The translations under genes and the position numbers were made by a program. A model generated the notes under the pieces. It searched no databases and was not told where the DNA came from. It saw nothing but the letters and a program-made list of their open reading frames with translations. A DNA stretch of 63,588 nucleotides, filler included, from Octopus bimaculoides (Eukaryota), in the NCBI RefSeq assembly GCF_001194135.2. It is 7 parts of 7 records of this genome, joined end to end, with 100 filler letters (N's around TTAATTAATTAA, not from the genome) between each part and the next. Parts side by side here need not be neighbours in the genome. Positions count along the whole stretch, not along the records: positions 47,829 to 56,974 come from NC_069005.1; positions 57,075 to 60,691 come from NW_026424525.1; positions 60,792 to 61,953 come from NC_068988.1; positions 62,054 to 63,588 come from NW_026386836.1; 3 more parts are not named here. One strand, given 5' to 3'. Positions 51,109 through 63,588 of this stretch are shown here, piece by piece; position 1 is the stretch's first letter; each line of letters starts with the position of its first letter.

Positions 51109-54100
51109 AGGGGGACTCCGAAGGAGTCTCAGAGAGTAGCATCTCTGCCTTCCTGAGCGAGTTTTCCATCACATTTCTTAAAAATCATGGTAGAGGCTTT
51201 GGTCTCAGGACCACTTGATGTCAAGAAACTGAGGTTGGAGATAAGCAAGAGGGTGATTTTGGGGTATGGGCCACAAAGTGGAAGAGGGATCGCTGAGGAA
51301 GAGTGGTTCTTTGATGAAATGGCAAGTGAGTTGGACTTACATAAGATAGATGAATTGGTTTGGGGTATGGGTGATTTTAATGGACATGTTGGGAAATGGA
51401 TCCAGGGCTTTGAGGGTGTGCAAGGGGGAAATGGAATCGGGGGAAGAAATGTAGAATGAAGGATGCTGTTGGAGTTTTAAGATGAGAAACAGTTGCGTAT
51501 GGTGAACACATAGTTTAGGAAAACAGAGAAAAGGAAGGTGACTTTCAGTGCAGGAGGGAATGAGACAGATTGATTTCATGTTGGTTGGCAGAAAAAACAG
51601 AAAGTATCTGAGAGATGTGAAGACAATACCAGGGGAGTTGCAGCACAGGTTGGTGACTTGGATAAGAGGAAAGTTAANNNNNNNNNNNNNNNNNNNNNNN
51701 NNNNNNNNNNNNNNNNNNNNNNNNNNNNNNNNNNNNNNNNNNNNNNNNNNNNNNNNNNNNNNNNNNNNNNNNNNNNNNNNNNNNNNNNNNNNNNNNNNNN
51801 NNNNNNNNNNNNNNNNNNNNNNNNNNNNNNNNNNNNNNNNNNNNNNNNNNNNNNNNNNNNNNNNNNNNNNNNNNNNNNNNNNNNNNNNNNNNNNNNNNNN
51901 NNNNNNNNNNNNNNNNNNNNNNNNNNNNNNNNNNNNNNNNNNNNNNNNNNNNNNNNNNNNNNNNNNNNNNNNNNNNNNNNNNNNNNNNNNNNNNNNNNNN
52001 NNNNNNNNNNNNNNNNNNNNNNNNNNNNNNNNNNNNNNNNNNNNNNNNNNNNNNNNNNNNNNNNNNNNNNNNNNNNNNNNNNNNNNNNNNNNNNNNNNNN
52101 NNNNNNNNNNNNNNNNNNNNNNNNNNNNNNNNNNNNNNNNNNNNNNNNNNNNNNNNNNNNNNNNNNNNNNNNNNNNNNNNNNNNNNNNNNNNNNNNNNNN
52201 NNNNNNNNNNNNNNNNNNNNNNNNNNNNNNNNNNNNNNNNNNNNNNNNNNNNNNNNNNNNNNNNNNNNNNNNNNNNNNNNNNNNNNNNNNNNNNNNNNNN
52301 NNNNNNNNNNNNNNNNNNNNNNNNNNNNNNNNNNNNNNNNNNNNNNNNNNNNNNNNNNNNNNNNNNNNNNNNNNNNNNNNNNNNNNNNNNNNNNNNNNNN
52401 NNNNNNNNNNNNNNNNNNNNNNNNNNNNNNNNNNNNNNNNNNNNNNNNNNNNNNNATAGTGGAAGCAATGAAGGAAATAAAAACAGGAAAGGTAGCTGGT
52501 CCATCAGAAGTAAGTGTGGAAATGATAACTCCAAGTGGACAGATAGGGATTATTGTGCAGATGGAGCTCTGCCAGGGTGTGCTGGATGGAAGAGGAATGC
52601 CAGATGATTGGGCACTAAGTGTAGTGGTACTGATTTTCAAGGGGAAAGGGGATGTGATGAGTTGTGGGACATATAGGGGAGTGAAGTTATTGGAGCATGC
52701 AATGAAGATTGTGGAAAGGGTGTTGGAGAGGAGAATTCGAAAAACGGTGAATGTGGACGAGATGCAATTTGGTTTTATGCCAGTGTGGTGTTACATGTGG
52801 TGTTATGGGCTGTGATGAGCTATGTGGTGTTGGTGGAGAGAGATCTCAGATGAAGCAAACAGAAATGAAGACAGACCGGAAGGGCCGGCGGAAGTTGGCC
52901 ACATGCGAATGCATGGACAGCGAGTACATGTGGGCAGTTCGATCAGAGACGGTGTACGTAGAAGACGTGGTTTGATCTGGAGCGATTGTTTATCCCGCCA
53001 CGGTCGACAAGGTAAGGTCGCTGTATTTCTTTCTCCCTTTTGCTTCTTGTTGTCTTTTTCCTCCATCACACCACAGCCAGGAAAGGGGGAACAACAGATG
53101 CAATATTCATTGTGAGGAGATTGCAAGAGAAATACCGAGATAAGGAGAACGAATTGTACATGAGCTTCGTTGATCTGGAGAAAGCATTTGATAGAGTTCC
53201 AATGAAAATAATTGAGTGAGCATTGAGGAAGAGAGGTGTACTAGAGGTAATAATGAGGGCAGTGATGAGTTTGTATGAAGGGGAAAAGACAAGAGTTAGA
53301 GTTGGATCAGAGCTGTCAGAGGAGTTTGCAGTGAAAGTTGGCATGCATCAGGGATCTGTGTTGCCACCGCTGTTGTTTGCAATAGTGGTTGATGTGGTGA
53401 CAGAGAATGCAAGAGAGGGATTGATAATGGAGATACTGCATGCAGATAACCTTGTTCTGATGAGTGAGACGATGGAGGGATTGAGGGAGAAGTTTTGGAA
53501 ATGGAATGAGGAATTTGAAAAGAAGGGTTTGAAGGTAAACCTCTGGAAAACAAAAGTGATGGTGAGTGGGGTGGAAGGAGAGGTGTTAGTGAGTAAGGTA
53601 GATCCGTGTGGTGTGTGTGGGAGAAGGGTAATGGCAAATGTGGTGTTGTGTACGAGATGTGAGAAATGGATTCATAGTAGATGTATGAAAATGGAGAAGG
53701 TGACCTCAAGACTGGCAAGAGATTTTATTTGTGGAAGAAGTGAGAAAGGAACTGGAGGGCTGGTGGAACTAGTGGAAACACTACGTGATGAGGTGGAAAC
53801 AGTGAGAGGGTTTTGTTATTTGGGAGACAGGGTGGATGTAAGTGGTGGATGTGAAGCAGCTGTGACAGCAAGAGCTTGACTTGGCTGGGAATGTGGAGTG
53901 TTATTATATGAGAAAAGGTTCTCCTTGAAGATGGAAGGAAGGGTTTATTGGAGTTGCATGAGATCTGCAATGCTGTATGAGAGTGAGACATGGTGTCTGA
54001 GGGAAAGTGAAATAGTAATTTTGAGAAGGACCAAAATGTGTGGTGTGAAAATATTGGATAAAAGGAAGGCTGAGGACTTGAAGAGGATGCCCAAAACCAG

Positions 54101-54182
54101 GCAGGGTGGCGAGGTGGTGTGAGAGCGGTTGCTGTAAGAGTGAGGTAGATCCAGCCAACCCCAGATTAAAAACATTGGAATC
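51109..54182 (+). mobile_element. RTE-clade LINE (APE endonuclease + RT + Cys-rich module) inserted in the hAT
   Basis: GDFNGHVG (APE), SVVVLIFKGKGDVMSCGTYRGVKLLEH, FVDLEKAFDRVP, GMHQGSVLPPLLF, LHADNLVL. Degenerate TSD CATT(G)AGGT at 51101-51108 and 54183-54191. Confidence 0.9.
52784..53075. mobile_element. 292-bp solo-LTR-like insertion in the LINE RT
   Basis: Termini TGTGGTGT...ACACCACA (TG..CA, 8-bp inverted) and a 5-bp TSD GCCAG (52779-52783, 53076-53080). Removing it restores FGFMPGKG(T)TDAIFIVR. Confidence 0.85.
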
Positions 54183-55528
54183 CATTGAGGTGGCTCAGCT
54201 GCAGTAAAGTCCTGTGTCATTGTTATAAACTCCTAAGAGAAATAGATATTTTTCTCATTGAAAAGGAAAGAGCTGATCCACTTCTGTCAGATCTTATCTG
54301 CCTGTTAAAGTTGTCATTTTCGGTTAAAATCACATTCCACATGAATGAATTGAACTTGAAACTTCAAGGAAAAGATAACCTTATCTGTGATCTCTACAGA
54401 ATTATAAAAGGATTTCAGAGAAAGTTATCATTGTTTGAAGCACAAATGGAAAGAGGAAACTTCTCTCATTTTCTGTGTTTCAAAGAGTTTTGCGCTAGAA
54501 TTGCAGAAAATATCAACTTCCAGTTTCTGAACAAGCATTTTTTTGAGAGGTTTTCAGATCTCAACAGAATTGAAAGTGAAATTCTTCTGTTCCAGAATCT
54601 GTTTGGTTGTAACCTTGATGATGTGCCAGTCGAACTACAGATGGAGCTAATTGATTTGACTTGTTGGAAGAGAAGCACAGAAAAGGAAAACTTGTTGAAT
54701 TTTATCACTGCTTACCTGATAATGAGTTTCCAAAGTTGAAGAAATATGCCTCCAGTATGGCATCCGTATTTAGAACAACTTATGTCTATGAGCAAACATT
54801 TTCAAAAATTGTTTTAGTGAAAATGATAAGTCCTTTCCTATGTGACAAAGTGGTATGAGAAGCCACTATAAAATCAGACAGTCAGTTGTTATAGGAGGTC
54901 AGGATTAGTAGAGTTGTTGTACAAGTTCTCATAATATATATGAGTTCAAGTTACCATTAAAGTAGATGTTACAAAGTCATTGTCTTGTGGAGCTATCAGC
55001 GATAGCACGATAGATGAGTCAAAAATAATAAGATGCAGAATACCACCACAACATAATAGTGGTGACAAGAATATTACAGTGCTAACGACATATACACATG
55101 GACAAGGAGCCACATTATAACAGTGGGGACAAGGATATAAACAATTCACATGAACAATGTTGAAAAAAATTTTTCTTTTTCACAAGAAAATAATTCACAC
55201 AGATGACGTTGAAAAATGTTTTATATGGAGAAATTAAAAACTCAACAGAGGAGTTGCAACCATTCTTCTTGAGTCTATTTTATGAAAAATCCATAAAATG
55301 ATGGAAAACTTGTTAGAGAGTTTAGTTGAGTTGCAAAAAAAGCAACAACAAGAACAACAGGATTAAAATAGCATGCTGGAGCATCGCCTTTGATCAACAA
55401 AAAAAATAAACCACAGGATTTATTCTTTGTAAACCTAGTACTTATTCTATCAGTGCCTTTTGCGGAACCGCTAAGTTATGGCAACGTAAACACAGCAACA
55501 TCAAGCAGTGGTGGGGGTACAAACATAG

Positions 55529-55569
<41 letters not shown>

Positions 55570-55584
55570 TATACACATATATAC

Positions 55585-56395
55585 TAGTATGGACATGTGG
55601 CAAGAATGGATGAGGATAGCTGTGTGAAAAAGTGCCACACCCTAGCAGTTGAGGGAACCTGTGGAAGAGGCAGGCCCAGGAAGACCTGGGATGAGGTGGT
55701 GAAGCACGACCTCCGAACTTTAGGCCTCACCGAGGCAATGACTTCTGACCGAGACCTTTGGAAATATGCTGTGTGTGAGAAGACCCGGCAAGCCAAGTGA
55801 GANNNNNNNNNNNNNNNNNNNNNNNNNNNNNNNNNNNNNNNNNNNNNNNNNNNNNNNNNNNNNNNNNNNNNNNNNNNNNNNNNNNNNNNNNNNNNNNNNN
55901 NNNNNNNNNNNNNNNNNNNNNNNNNNNNNNNNNNNNNNNNNNNNNNNNNNNNNNNNNNNNNNNNNNNNNNNNNNNNNNNNNNNNNNNNNNNNNNNNNNNN
56001 NNNNNNNNNNNNTGGTACGTAAATAGCACCATTTGAGCGTGACCATTACCAACGTCGCCTTCCTGGCACTTGTGCCAGTGGCACGTGAAAAGACATTCAA
56101 GCGAGTTCGTTGCCAGTACTGCTGGACTGTCTCCCGTGCAGGTGGCACATAAAATACACCATTTCGAGCGTGGCCGTTGCCAGTACCTCCTGATTGGCCT
56201 TCGTACCGGTGGCACGTAAAAGCACCCACTACACTCTCTGAGTGGTTGGCGTTAGGAAGGGTATCCAGCTGTAGAAACTCTGCCAAATCAGATTGGAGCC
56301 TGGTGTAGCCATCTGGTTAACCAGTCCTCAGTCAAATCGTCCAACCCATGATAGCATGGAAAGCAGACGTTAAACGATGATGATGATGATGATGA
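55585..56395 (+). mobile_element. RTE LINE 3' end: ORF C-terminus, repetitive 3' UTR, (GAT)n tail
   Basis: RMDEDSCVKKCHTLAVEGTCGRGRPRKTWDEVVKHDLRTLGLTEAMTSDRDLW*, followed after a gap by the UTR shared with 47830-48126. Confidence 0.85.
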
Positions 56396-56514
56396 TACGA
56401 CAGTCTTTCTACATACACACACATATATATACATATATATATTATATATATATAGATACACACACATATATACATATATATACACACACACATATATATA
56501 CATACATATATCTA

Positions 56515-56720
56515 CATATATATATAAAACTGAGAATGTGAGTGCGTGTATGTGTGTGTGGGAGGGGTCTGTATGTCAGCACCACTAAAATTCGAGAACT
56601 ACCCAACTGATTTCATTCAAATTTTACACATGCCTTACTTAGGGTCTATGCAGTGTCATGGACCAAAAAATCTTCGACTTCATGCCTAATGTGAGCCCGG
56701 AGCAATCTCTTGTCTCTTAC
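56515..56720 (+). mobile_element. Possible non-autonomous Helitron-like element
   Basis: Begins ..tatatataaaactgagaatgtgagtgcgtgtatgt.., then ccaactgatttcattcaaattttacaca, a typical HelitronN/MIME-like 5' layout; 3' end not identified. Confidence 0.4.
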
Positions 56721-56917
56721 ACAGTTTCAGTATCACATGTCAAAAGTGAAACATAATATCTCTATTAATAATTTCACTATTATATGGTTTCAATTTCAGT
56801 TACTTTTATTACGTATCTATATATATATATATATATTAGTTTCATTTCTATTATATCAATGTTTTTATATACGTTTGTATATGTATGTATGTATGTATGT
56901 ATGTATATACATATACG

Positions 56918-56974
<57 letters not shown>

Positions 56975-57074
56975 NNNNNNNNNNNNNNNNNNNNNNNNNN
57001 NNNNNNNNNNNNNNNNNNTTAATTAATTAANNNNNNNNNNNNNNNNNNNNNNNNNNNNNNNNNNNNNNNNNNNN

Positions 57075-57930
57075 GGTATTACCTGTATCCTCTTGGGTTT
57101 GGTTAAATACAATACCCTCCTCAAAGCTGTGGGCCCCTGAAACCCAGGCTGTTGCAGTAAGTGCTCCTGAAGCGCGATGGCATTGCTGGGATCTTTGGCA
57201 CTATGCAGTGTCGACCCGTTCTGGTATTGGTGTAGCTTTCAATGCCAAAATTTGGCACAATTCCTTCTAGGATCTTCCAGATGTATATTATTGCATACCT
57301 CTCCCGACTTCGCTCCAGGGAGTAGAGTCTTAGCTGTTTCAGCCTTTCCCAGTAGCTGAGCAGTTGCAAAGAGACGATCCTCTTTGTGAATTTTCGCTGG
57401 ATTGCTTCAAGCTCTGCTGTTAATTTTACATTGTTGGGTGCCGGTAGCTGGGAGCAGTAATCCAAGCGGCTGAGGACGAATGTCCTTCACAAGACCATCA
57501 TGGTTTCGTTATCTCTGGTTCTGAATGTTCTCAGGATCCATCCAGCCAGTCGTCTACACTTTGTCGCCATCCTGTTAATGTGCACTTGGAAAGAGGTACC
57601 ATCAGTCATATCGATACCCTGGTCCCTCACTGATTTAGGCTCTGGGGTTGAAATTCCCCGTGAACCAGTGTACCATGTAAGTTTCATATTCAGCTTTGGA
57701 CCGTGGTAGCGCAGGGCTTAGAATTTTCGAGCATTAAATTGCATATTATTATCCTCAGCTCATCTGTAAATTGAGTCCAACTACTGCTGCAGATGTGCAA
57801 CATCGCTAGGGTTTTGTATTTTCTGGGAAACTTTCGTATCGTCTGCGTAGCTAGCAAGGGTGGCTATCCGGGCAGTTGAGGGCTTATCTGAGAGGGCCAC
57901 TATGAAAACTAGTGGTCCCAAGACATAGTG
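57075..57930 (-). mobile_element. CR1/L2-like LINE RT fragment
   Basis: VLGPLVFIV..SYADDTKV, LAGWILRTF, LDYCSQL..LEAIQRKFTKRI..YWERLKQLRLYSLERSRERY. Confidence 0.85.
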
Positions 57931-59042
57931 CCCTGTGGAACACTGCTTACTATTTGTGTTTTCATTTTTTGTTGTTGTTGGCGTCCTTTTTGTCTCGGGA
58001 GACAATGGAGTTGCGCATAAAATAACCTAGTCCGGTTTTTCCATTTCATGTCCGAATACATCTCCTGCTGTGGCTGTGTAGTCCTATCCTGGCAGGGGCC
58101 GCNNNNNNNNNNNNNNNNNNNNNNNNNNNNNNNNNNNNNNNNNNNNNNNNNNNNNNNNNNNNNNNNNNNNNNNNNNNNNNNNNNNNNNNNNNNNNNNNNN
58201 NNNNNNNNNNNNNNNNNNNNNNNNNNNNNNNNNNNNNNNNNNNNNNNNNNNNNNNNNNNNNNNNNNNNNNNNNNNNNNNNNNNNNNNNNNNNNNNNNNNN
58301 NNNNNNNNNNNNNNNNNNNNNNNNNNNNNNNNNNNNNNNNNNNNNNNNNNNNNNNNNNNNNNNNNNNNNNNNNNNNNNNNNNNNNNNNNNNNNNNNNNNN
58401 NNNNNNNNNNNNNNNNNNNNNNNNNNNNNNNNNNNNNNNNNNNNNNNNNNNNNNNNNNNNNNNNNNNNNNNNNNNNNNNNNNNNNNNNNNNNNNNNNNNN
58501 NNNNNNNNNNNNNNNNNNNNNNNNNNNNNNNNNNNNNNNNNNNNNNNNNNNNNNNNNNNNNNNNNNNNNNNNNNNNNNNNNNNNNNNNNNNNNNNNNNNN
58601 NNNNNNNNNNNNNNNNNNNNNNNNNNNNNNNNNNNNNNNNNNNNNNNNNNNNNNNNNNNNNNNNNNNNNNNNNNNNNNNNNNNNNNNNNNNNNNNNNNNN
58701 NNNNNNNNNNNNNNNNNNNNNNNNNNNNNNNNNNNNNNNNNNNNNNNNNNNNNNNNNNNNNNNNNNNNNNNNNNNNNNNNNNNNNNNNNNNNNNNNNNNN
58801 NNNNNNNNNNNNNNNNNNNNNNNNNNNNNNNNNNNNNNNNNNNNNNNNNNNNNNNNNNNNNNNNNNNNNNNNNNNNNNNNNNNNNNNNNNNNNNNNNNNN
58901 NNNNNNNNNNNNNNNNNNNNNNNNNNNNNNNNNNNNNNNNNNNNNNNNNNNNNNNNNNNNNNNNNNNNNNNNNNNNNNNNNNNNNNNNNNNNNNNNNNNN
59001 NNNNNNNNNNNNNNNNNNNNNNNNNNNNNNNNNNNNNNNNNN

Positions 59043-60420
59043 CCTTTACAGGGCTTCTTCTGTGTGTGATACCAGAGCAGCAGCAGCAAAAAGCATCTCC
59101 TTGATCAGGATGCTTCTGATTTTGGTCTTGGCATGCAAACGCGAGAAATTGAACAGTTTCCCATCACTTCTACTGTGCAGAAACACTCCATCATCTGATG
59201 TCTCGAAGGCATGTGACAGCAGCAGCGAGAAGAAGATGCCAAATAATGTAGGAGCAAGGACACAGCCTTGCTTTACCCCGTTTTTTATTTGGAAGGCAGC
59301 TGATGTTGAATCATTGTGTTGTATGGTGCCTTGCATATCATCATGGACAGTTTTGATGATCCTCAGCAACTTTGGGGGACATCCGATTTTTTGAAGCAGG
59401 AGGAAGAGGCCTTTTCTGCTTACCAAGTCAAAGGCTTACCAATGAAGGCCATATATAATGGCATTTTCTGCTCTCCGGACTTCTGAAGTTGGCGTATGGA
59501 GAATATCATGACAATAGTTGATCTGCTTCTTCTAAAGCCACACTGCGATTCTGGATAAATTCGAGAAGCAGGCAGTTGTAGCCTGAACAGGATAACGCGA
59601 GCAAAGTTCATTCCAACAGTGCTGAGAAGAGATATTCCACGATAGTTGTTACAATCATCACGGTCACCATTGTTTTTGTAAAGCGTAATGCATCCCGCAT
59701 ATCTTGAGGGGCTGTACCCTCTTCCCAGCACTGACACAAGTTCATGAAGGTGCCGAAGCAGAGCGGTGTTTTTGCCGGCTTTGATGATCTCTGAGGGAAT
59801 GCCGTCTTTTTCTGGAGTCTTTCCACTGGCCAGGGAGCCAATAGCCTTGGTAAGCTCCGCTGTAGAAGGCAGATTGTCAAGTTCGCACATGGCTGGCAAG
59901 ATCTTGGCACCCTCCATTGCAGCCTCAGCGACCGTGGTCTCCCATGAGTAGAGACCCTGGTAGTACTCCACCCATCTATCCATTTGCTTGCTTTGGTCCT
60001 TGATGAGATCCCCAGTAGTTGATTTCAGAGGGGCTGACTTGGTTGCGGTTGGACCGAGGGCCTTCTTAAAACGGGCATACATCCCATGGGTGTCGCCACT
60101 GTCAGCAGCTGACTGGATACTCTGACAGATTTCCTGCCAATACCTATTTACACAGTGTCTGGCAGTCAGTTGGGGTTTATTTCTTGCCTTTCTGAGTTCT
60201 TCGAGTGACTTTGTAGAAGAATCACTCTTGTATTGCATCAGAGCTGCGCGCTTTGCTTCGATAACTGGTTTCAGCTCTGAGAGCCCAGCACTGAACCAAT
60301 CTGAGTTTTGCCTTTCACTCATGCCGAAAGTATCCATTGATGTGGTATAGAAAGCTTCCCTGATATAATTCCAACTACTTTCAGCAGAGAAGGATGGACA
60401 GCTACTGAGGGCAACCATGA
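59043..60420 (-). mobile_element. RTE (BovB-like) LINE fragment
   Basis: LYKNNGDRDDCNNYRGISLLSTVG, PESQCGFRRSRSTIVMIFSIRQLQ, NGVKQGCVLAPTLFGIFFS. Confidence 0.9.
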
Positions 60421-60791
60421 TAGATACAGCATTCAACCCCCACCCTTCACGTGAACTGAGGTAGCAAAATTTCAGTTAATCTAAGTGAGATATTTAATCA
60501 TTCAAAGAGTAATCTAAAGAACACATGAAATATACCAGCACACACAGAAAATGTGGAGCAGTTTAAAAAGAGAACTCGAGGGACGTCTACGTACTTTGGT
60601 GACCATTTATCTCATCAATCGTTGTCGAAACCATTTATTTGCTTCATCACACAATATGTTGAGCAATTGTTGATATCGCCAGTGGTTTGCTNNNNNNNNN
60701 NNNNNNNNNNNNNNNNNNNNNNNNNNNNNNNNNNNTTAATTAATTAANNNNNNNNNNNNNNNNNNNNNNNNNNNNNNNNNNNNNNNNNNNN

Positions 60792-60890
<99 letters not shown>

Positions 60891-61903
60891 CATCATCATT
60901 ATTATCATTATCATCATCGTCATTATTATTATCTGACGCCTTTGTTGCAAAGATAATAATTATCAGTATTAATAAAAAATTATTATAATTTTTATACTCT
61001 TTCTGGTAGCGTACCCTCTCAGAAATATCTAAATTTGATTAGGTGTAATGCTAAACAAAAACGCCACCTGATATTCTCAACTGGTTTACACTTGTGCTGT
61101 ATTTAAGAAAAAGTTTTAAAAGCAATATTAGCATGATATTCTATATCTCTGACGTCATCTCATTAGCAGGCTATTATTGAAGCCAATGATATATATATTT
61201 TTCCACTTCACTTTGCTTAAATGAAATAAAATCATTTCATGCAGTTCAGTTATTTTTAAACAATAGGTTTCTCTCAAAGAACATACCTAGCTTTTAAATG
61301 AAAAACAGCGGCAATACTAAGATGATTATTATCATCATTCTAATTAATCATTTATTAGTTTTATAACTCATCACCAGTAGGTCTGGAAATATAGTAAGCG
61401 CTGTTTTCTTTTTGTGTGTTAATTCTGTCATATTTGAAAGGAATTTGTGGATATTAATTATACTATTTTCACGTAACAAAGAAAACATATAAAAGAAAAG
61501 TAACTTACATGGGGAGAGGACAGGAAAAACTATATATATGAAAGGCAATTCATTACTATCAAACATTATTTAAGTCACTAATGATGTGCTTTAACTTACA
61601 AAGTGACTGTTATAATTTCCTACATTGCGGTTAATATACTTTCTTCATAGCCTGTATATTTGTACAAGAGTTTGTGTGTGTGTTCAAATATGTAAGTGTT
61701 TAACACTTGACGTGATGTTGATGGATTAGCTGATATGTAGAGAGATAAGAGATTTGTCAGATTTGTCAGCAAAACAATAGGAGAAACTGTTGATATTCGC
61801 CACTAACCAAATATATGTGCAAGCACACAACTGAAGCAATATAATAATTATATATACTTGTAACATTTCGGTTGAAAATGTTATTGTCCACGTAATGTAT
61901 TTC

Positions 61904-61953
<50 letters not shown>

Positions 61954-62679
61954 NNNNNNNNNNNNNNNNNNNNNNNNNNNNNNNNNNNNNNNNNNNNTTA
62001 ATTAATTAANNNNNNNNNNNNNNNNNNNNNNNNNNNNNNNNNNNNNNNNNNNNAATGACAGGTAGAAAAGTACCGAAATGGAAGAAACACCGAACATCTA
62101 TGTTGCACCTTAAAGTCAGATAATATGTGTTTGATGAGACTTTCTAAACATGAGTACAAAGTACGTAACTACCTGTTTCATCACCTTGACCCATAGACTA
62201 GATACACTCACACACACACACACACACACATATCTTATACTTGTGTCAGTCACTGGATTGCGGCCATTCTAGATCACCAACCTGTAGGGTCTGCTTGAAC
62301 AAATCGACCCCGTTACCTATTCGTCTAAACCCTACACTTATTCTATCGCCCTGTTTTTGCTTAGTTACTAAGTTATGGGAACATAAACAAACCAACGCCG
62401 GTTCTCAAGCGCTGGTGGTAGTCAGACACAAACATACACTCACATAATACATACATACGTGTATGTATGTATGTATATATGTACGCATGTATGTGCGCCC
62501 CCGCGCGCGATTGTACGTGTGTGTGTATGAGAGGTTTCTTTTAGTTTTTATCTACCAAACTCACTTTAGTTGGCCCTAGGGCCATAAGGGAAGACATCTG
62601 CCCAATGTGCCACATAGTGGGACTGAATCCGAAATCATGTAGTTGGGATACAAGCTTCTTACACCGGAGAGACGTTACT

Positions 62680-63140
62680 TTATACCCTAAATTGTGGAGT
62701 ACTATGACATCTTGCCGGAGAAGTTACGAAAAGCAATCAAGACTTAACACCCAGGAAAACTGACGAATGGTATCTTGTTTCACCAGTTCAATACTCCAGT
62801 ACGCAAGTCCTTGGTTTCAATGGCTGCTGTGTGTGCCTGTGACTTTGAACTGATTGATCACCTTCCCTATTATCCTCTTTTGGACCAAACTGACTATCAT
62901 CTGTTTCCAAACGTGAAAAACCTCTTGGCTGGGAATCAGTATCACAGTGATGATGACGTCATATTTGCTTTTGACTAATTTCACCAACAGGATGAAAGCT
63001 TCTTCACCAATGAGATCGAAACACTGGAATACTGATGGAGGAAGTGTGTGGACTCCTAGGGGGTTTGAAAGACAAACCTCATTTGACCGCATTCCATGAG
63101 AGCATCTTCGTCAGCCAATGAACTTTTCAGCCGACCCACA
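62680..63140 (+). mobile_element. mariner (DD34D-type) transposase C-terminal remnant
   Basis: LFHQFNTPVRKSLVSMAAV..FELIDHLPYYPLLDQTDYHLFPNVK resembles LFHQDNAPAH...HPPYSPDLAPSDYHLF; TIR-like aacttttcagccgaccca at ~63121. Confidence 0.8.
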
Positions 63141-63588
63141 TATATATATATAGTCCACAGATGAGATCCAGAGATTGTGAGTATAGAAGACACTTAATGC
63201 TCAAAAATATTCAAACTTAGTCTTCGATGTCTTTATAGGGGACCAATTACACAGGGTAAAAGGAATCAAGTTAAGCGGATACATAGGCAATTATGGGGAT
63301 AAACAAATTATATATATCAAATATAATATTATAGTTTACTCTTTTACTTGTTACAGTCATTTGACTGCGGCCATGCTGGAGCACCGCCTTTAGTCGAGAA
63401 AATCGACCCCAGGTCTTATTTTTTGGATGCCTAGTACTTACTCTATCAGTCTCTTTTGCCGAACCGCTAATTTACAGGTACATAAACACACCACCATCGT
63501 TTGTCAAACGATGATCGGAAGGACATGAAACACAAAAAATGTATACATGAAAAACAAGAAAAAGCAAAAGATGGAAACTTTCAGACGA

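Larger units (their letters stand above)
50400..54830 (+). mobile_element. hAT (GTF2IRD2/ZBED8/Charlie-like) transposase, split into 50400-51108 and 54183-54830
   Basis: YSLVLDEFTDLSSMSQLLVF, VTVNGGKNM, LIHCIIQQQVLC, DLPYHTAL | RWLSCSKVL, MNELNLKLQGKD, MASVFRTTYVYEQTFS. Confidence 0.9.
1..63588. repeat. Dense simple-sequence repeats: (AT)n, (AC)n, (AG)n, (AAT)n, (CAT)n, (TAG)n, (ATCT)n, (ATGT)n
   Basis: E.g. 830-870, 1300-1440, 4400-4685, 29561-29643, 35294-35358, 35725-35795, 41850-41950, 44346-44420, 60792-60900; most gaps are flanked by them. Confidence 0.97.

Overview
AT-rich, microsatellite- and gap-rich eukaryotic scaffold window. The SINE/RTE repeat content suggests an octopus-like coleoid cephalopod (inference). 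Two host genes are supported. (1) Plus strand: four exons of a RET/FGFR-class receptor tyrosine kinase domain (16134-16345, 22881-23009, 26765-26835, and an exon starting at 30809 that runs into a gap). They splice in frame with RET-like boundaries, but the key motifs are degenerate: HRD->HGD, DFG->NLR, APE-Glu->Asn. This makes it a probable pseudokinase. The NLR codons are exactly two A->G changes from DLG, which gives a testable A-to-I 'editing-switched kinase' hypothesis. (2) Minus strand: a KLF2/4-class Kruppel-like factor with a predicted MMK micro-exon (42363-42371), a 1.4-kb coding exon (39734-41128), a TATA/Inr promoter, CACCC boxes and two chained uORFs. The rest is transposon debris: tRNA-derived SINEs, RTE and CR1 LINEs, Penelope-like elements, DD37D/Tc1/mariner, hAT and Merlin, a three-level nest (hAT < RTE < solo LTR) and a ~400-bp-arm foldback. 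Six N44-TTAATTAATTAA-N44 assembly spacers are artefacts. Most ORFs in the supplied track are microsatellite or gap artefacts. All family calls were made by eye from recalled motifs; no database search was run.
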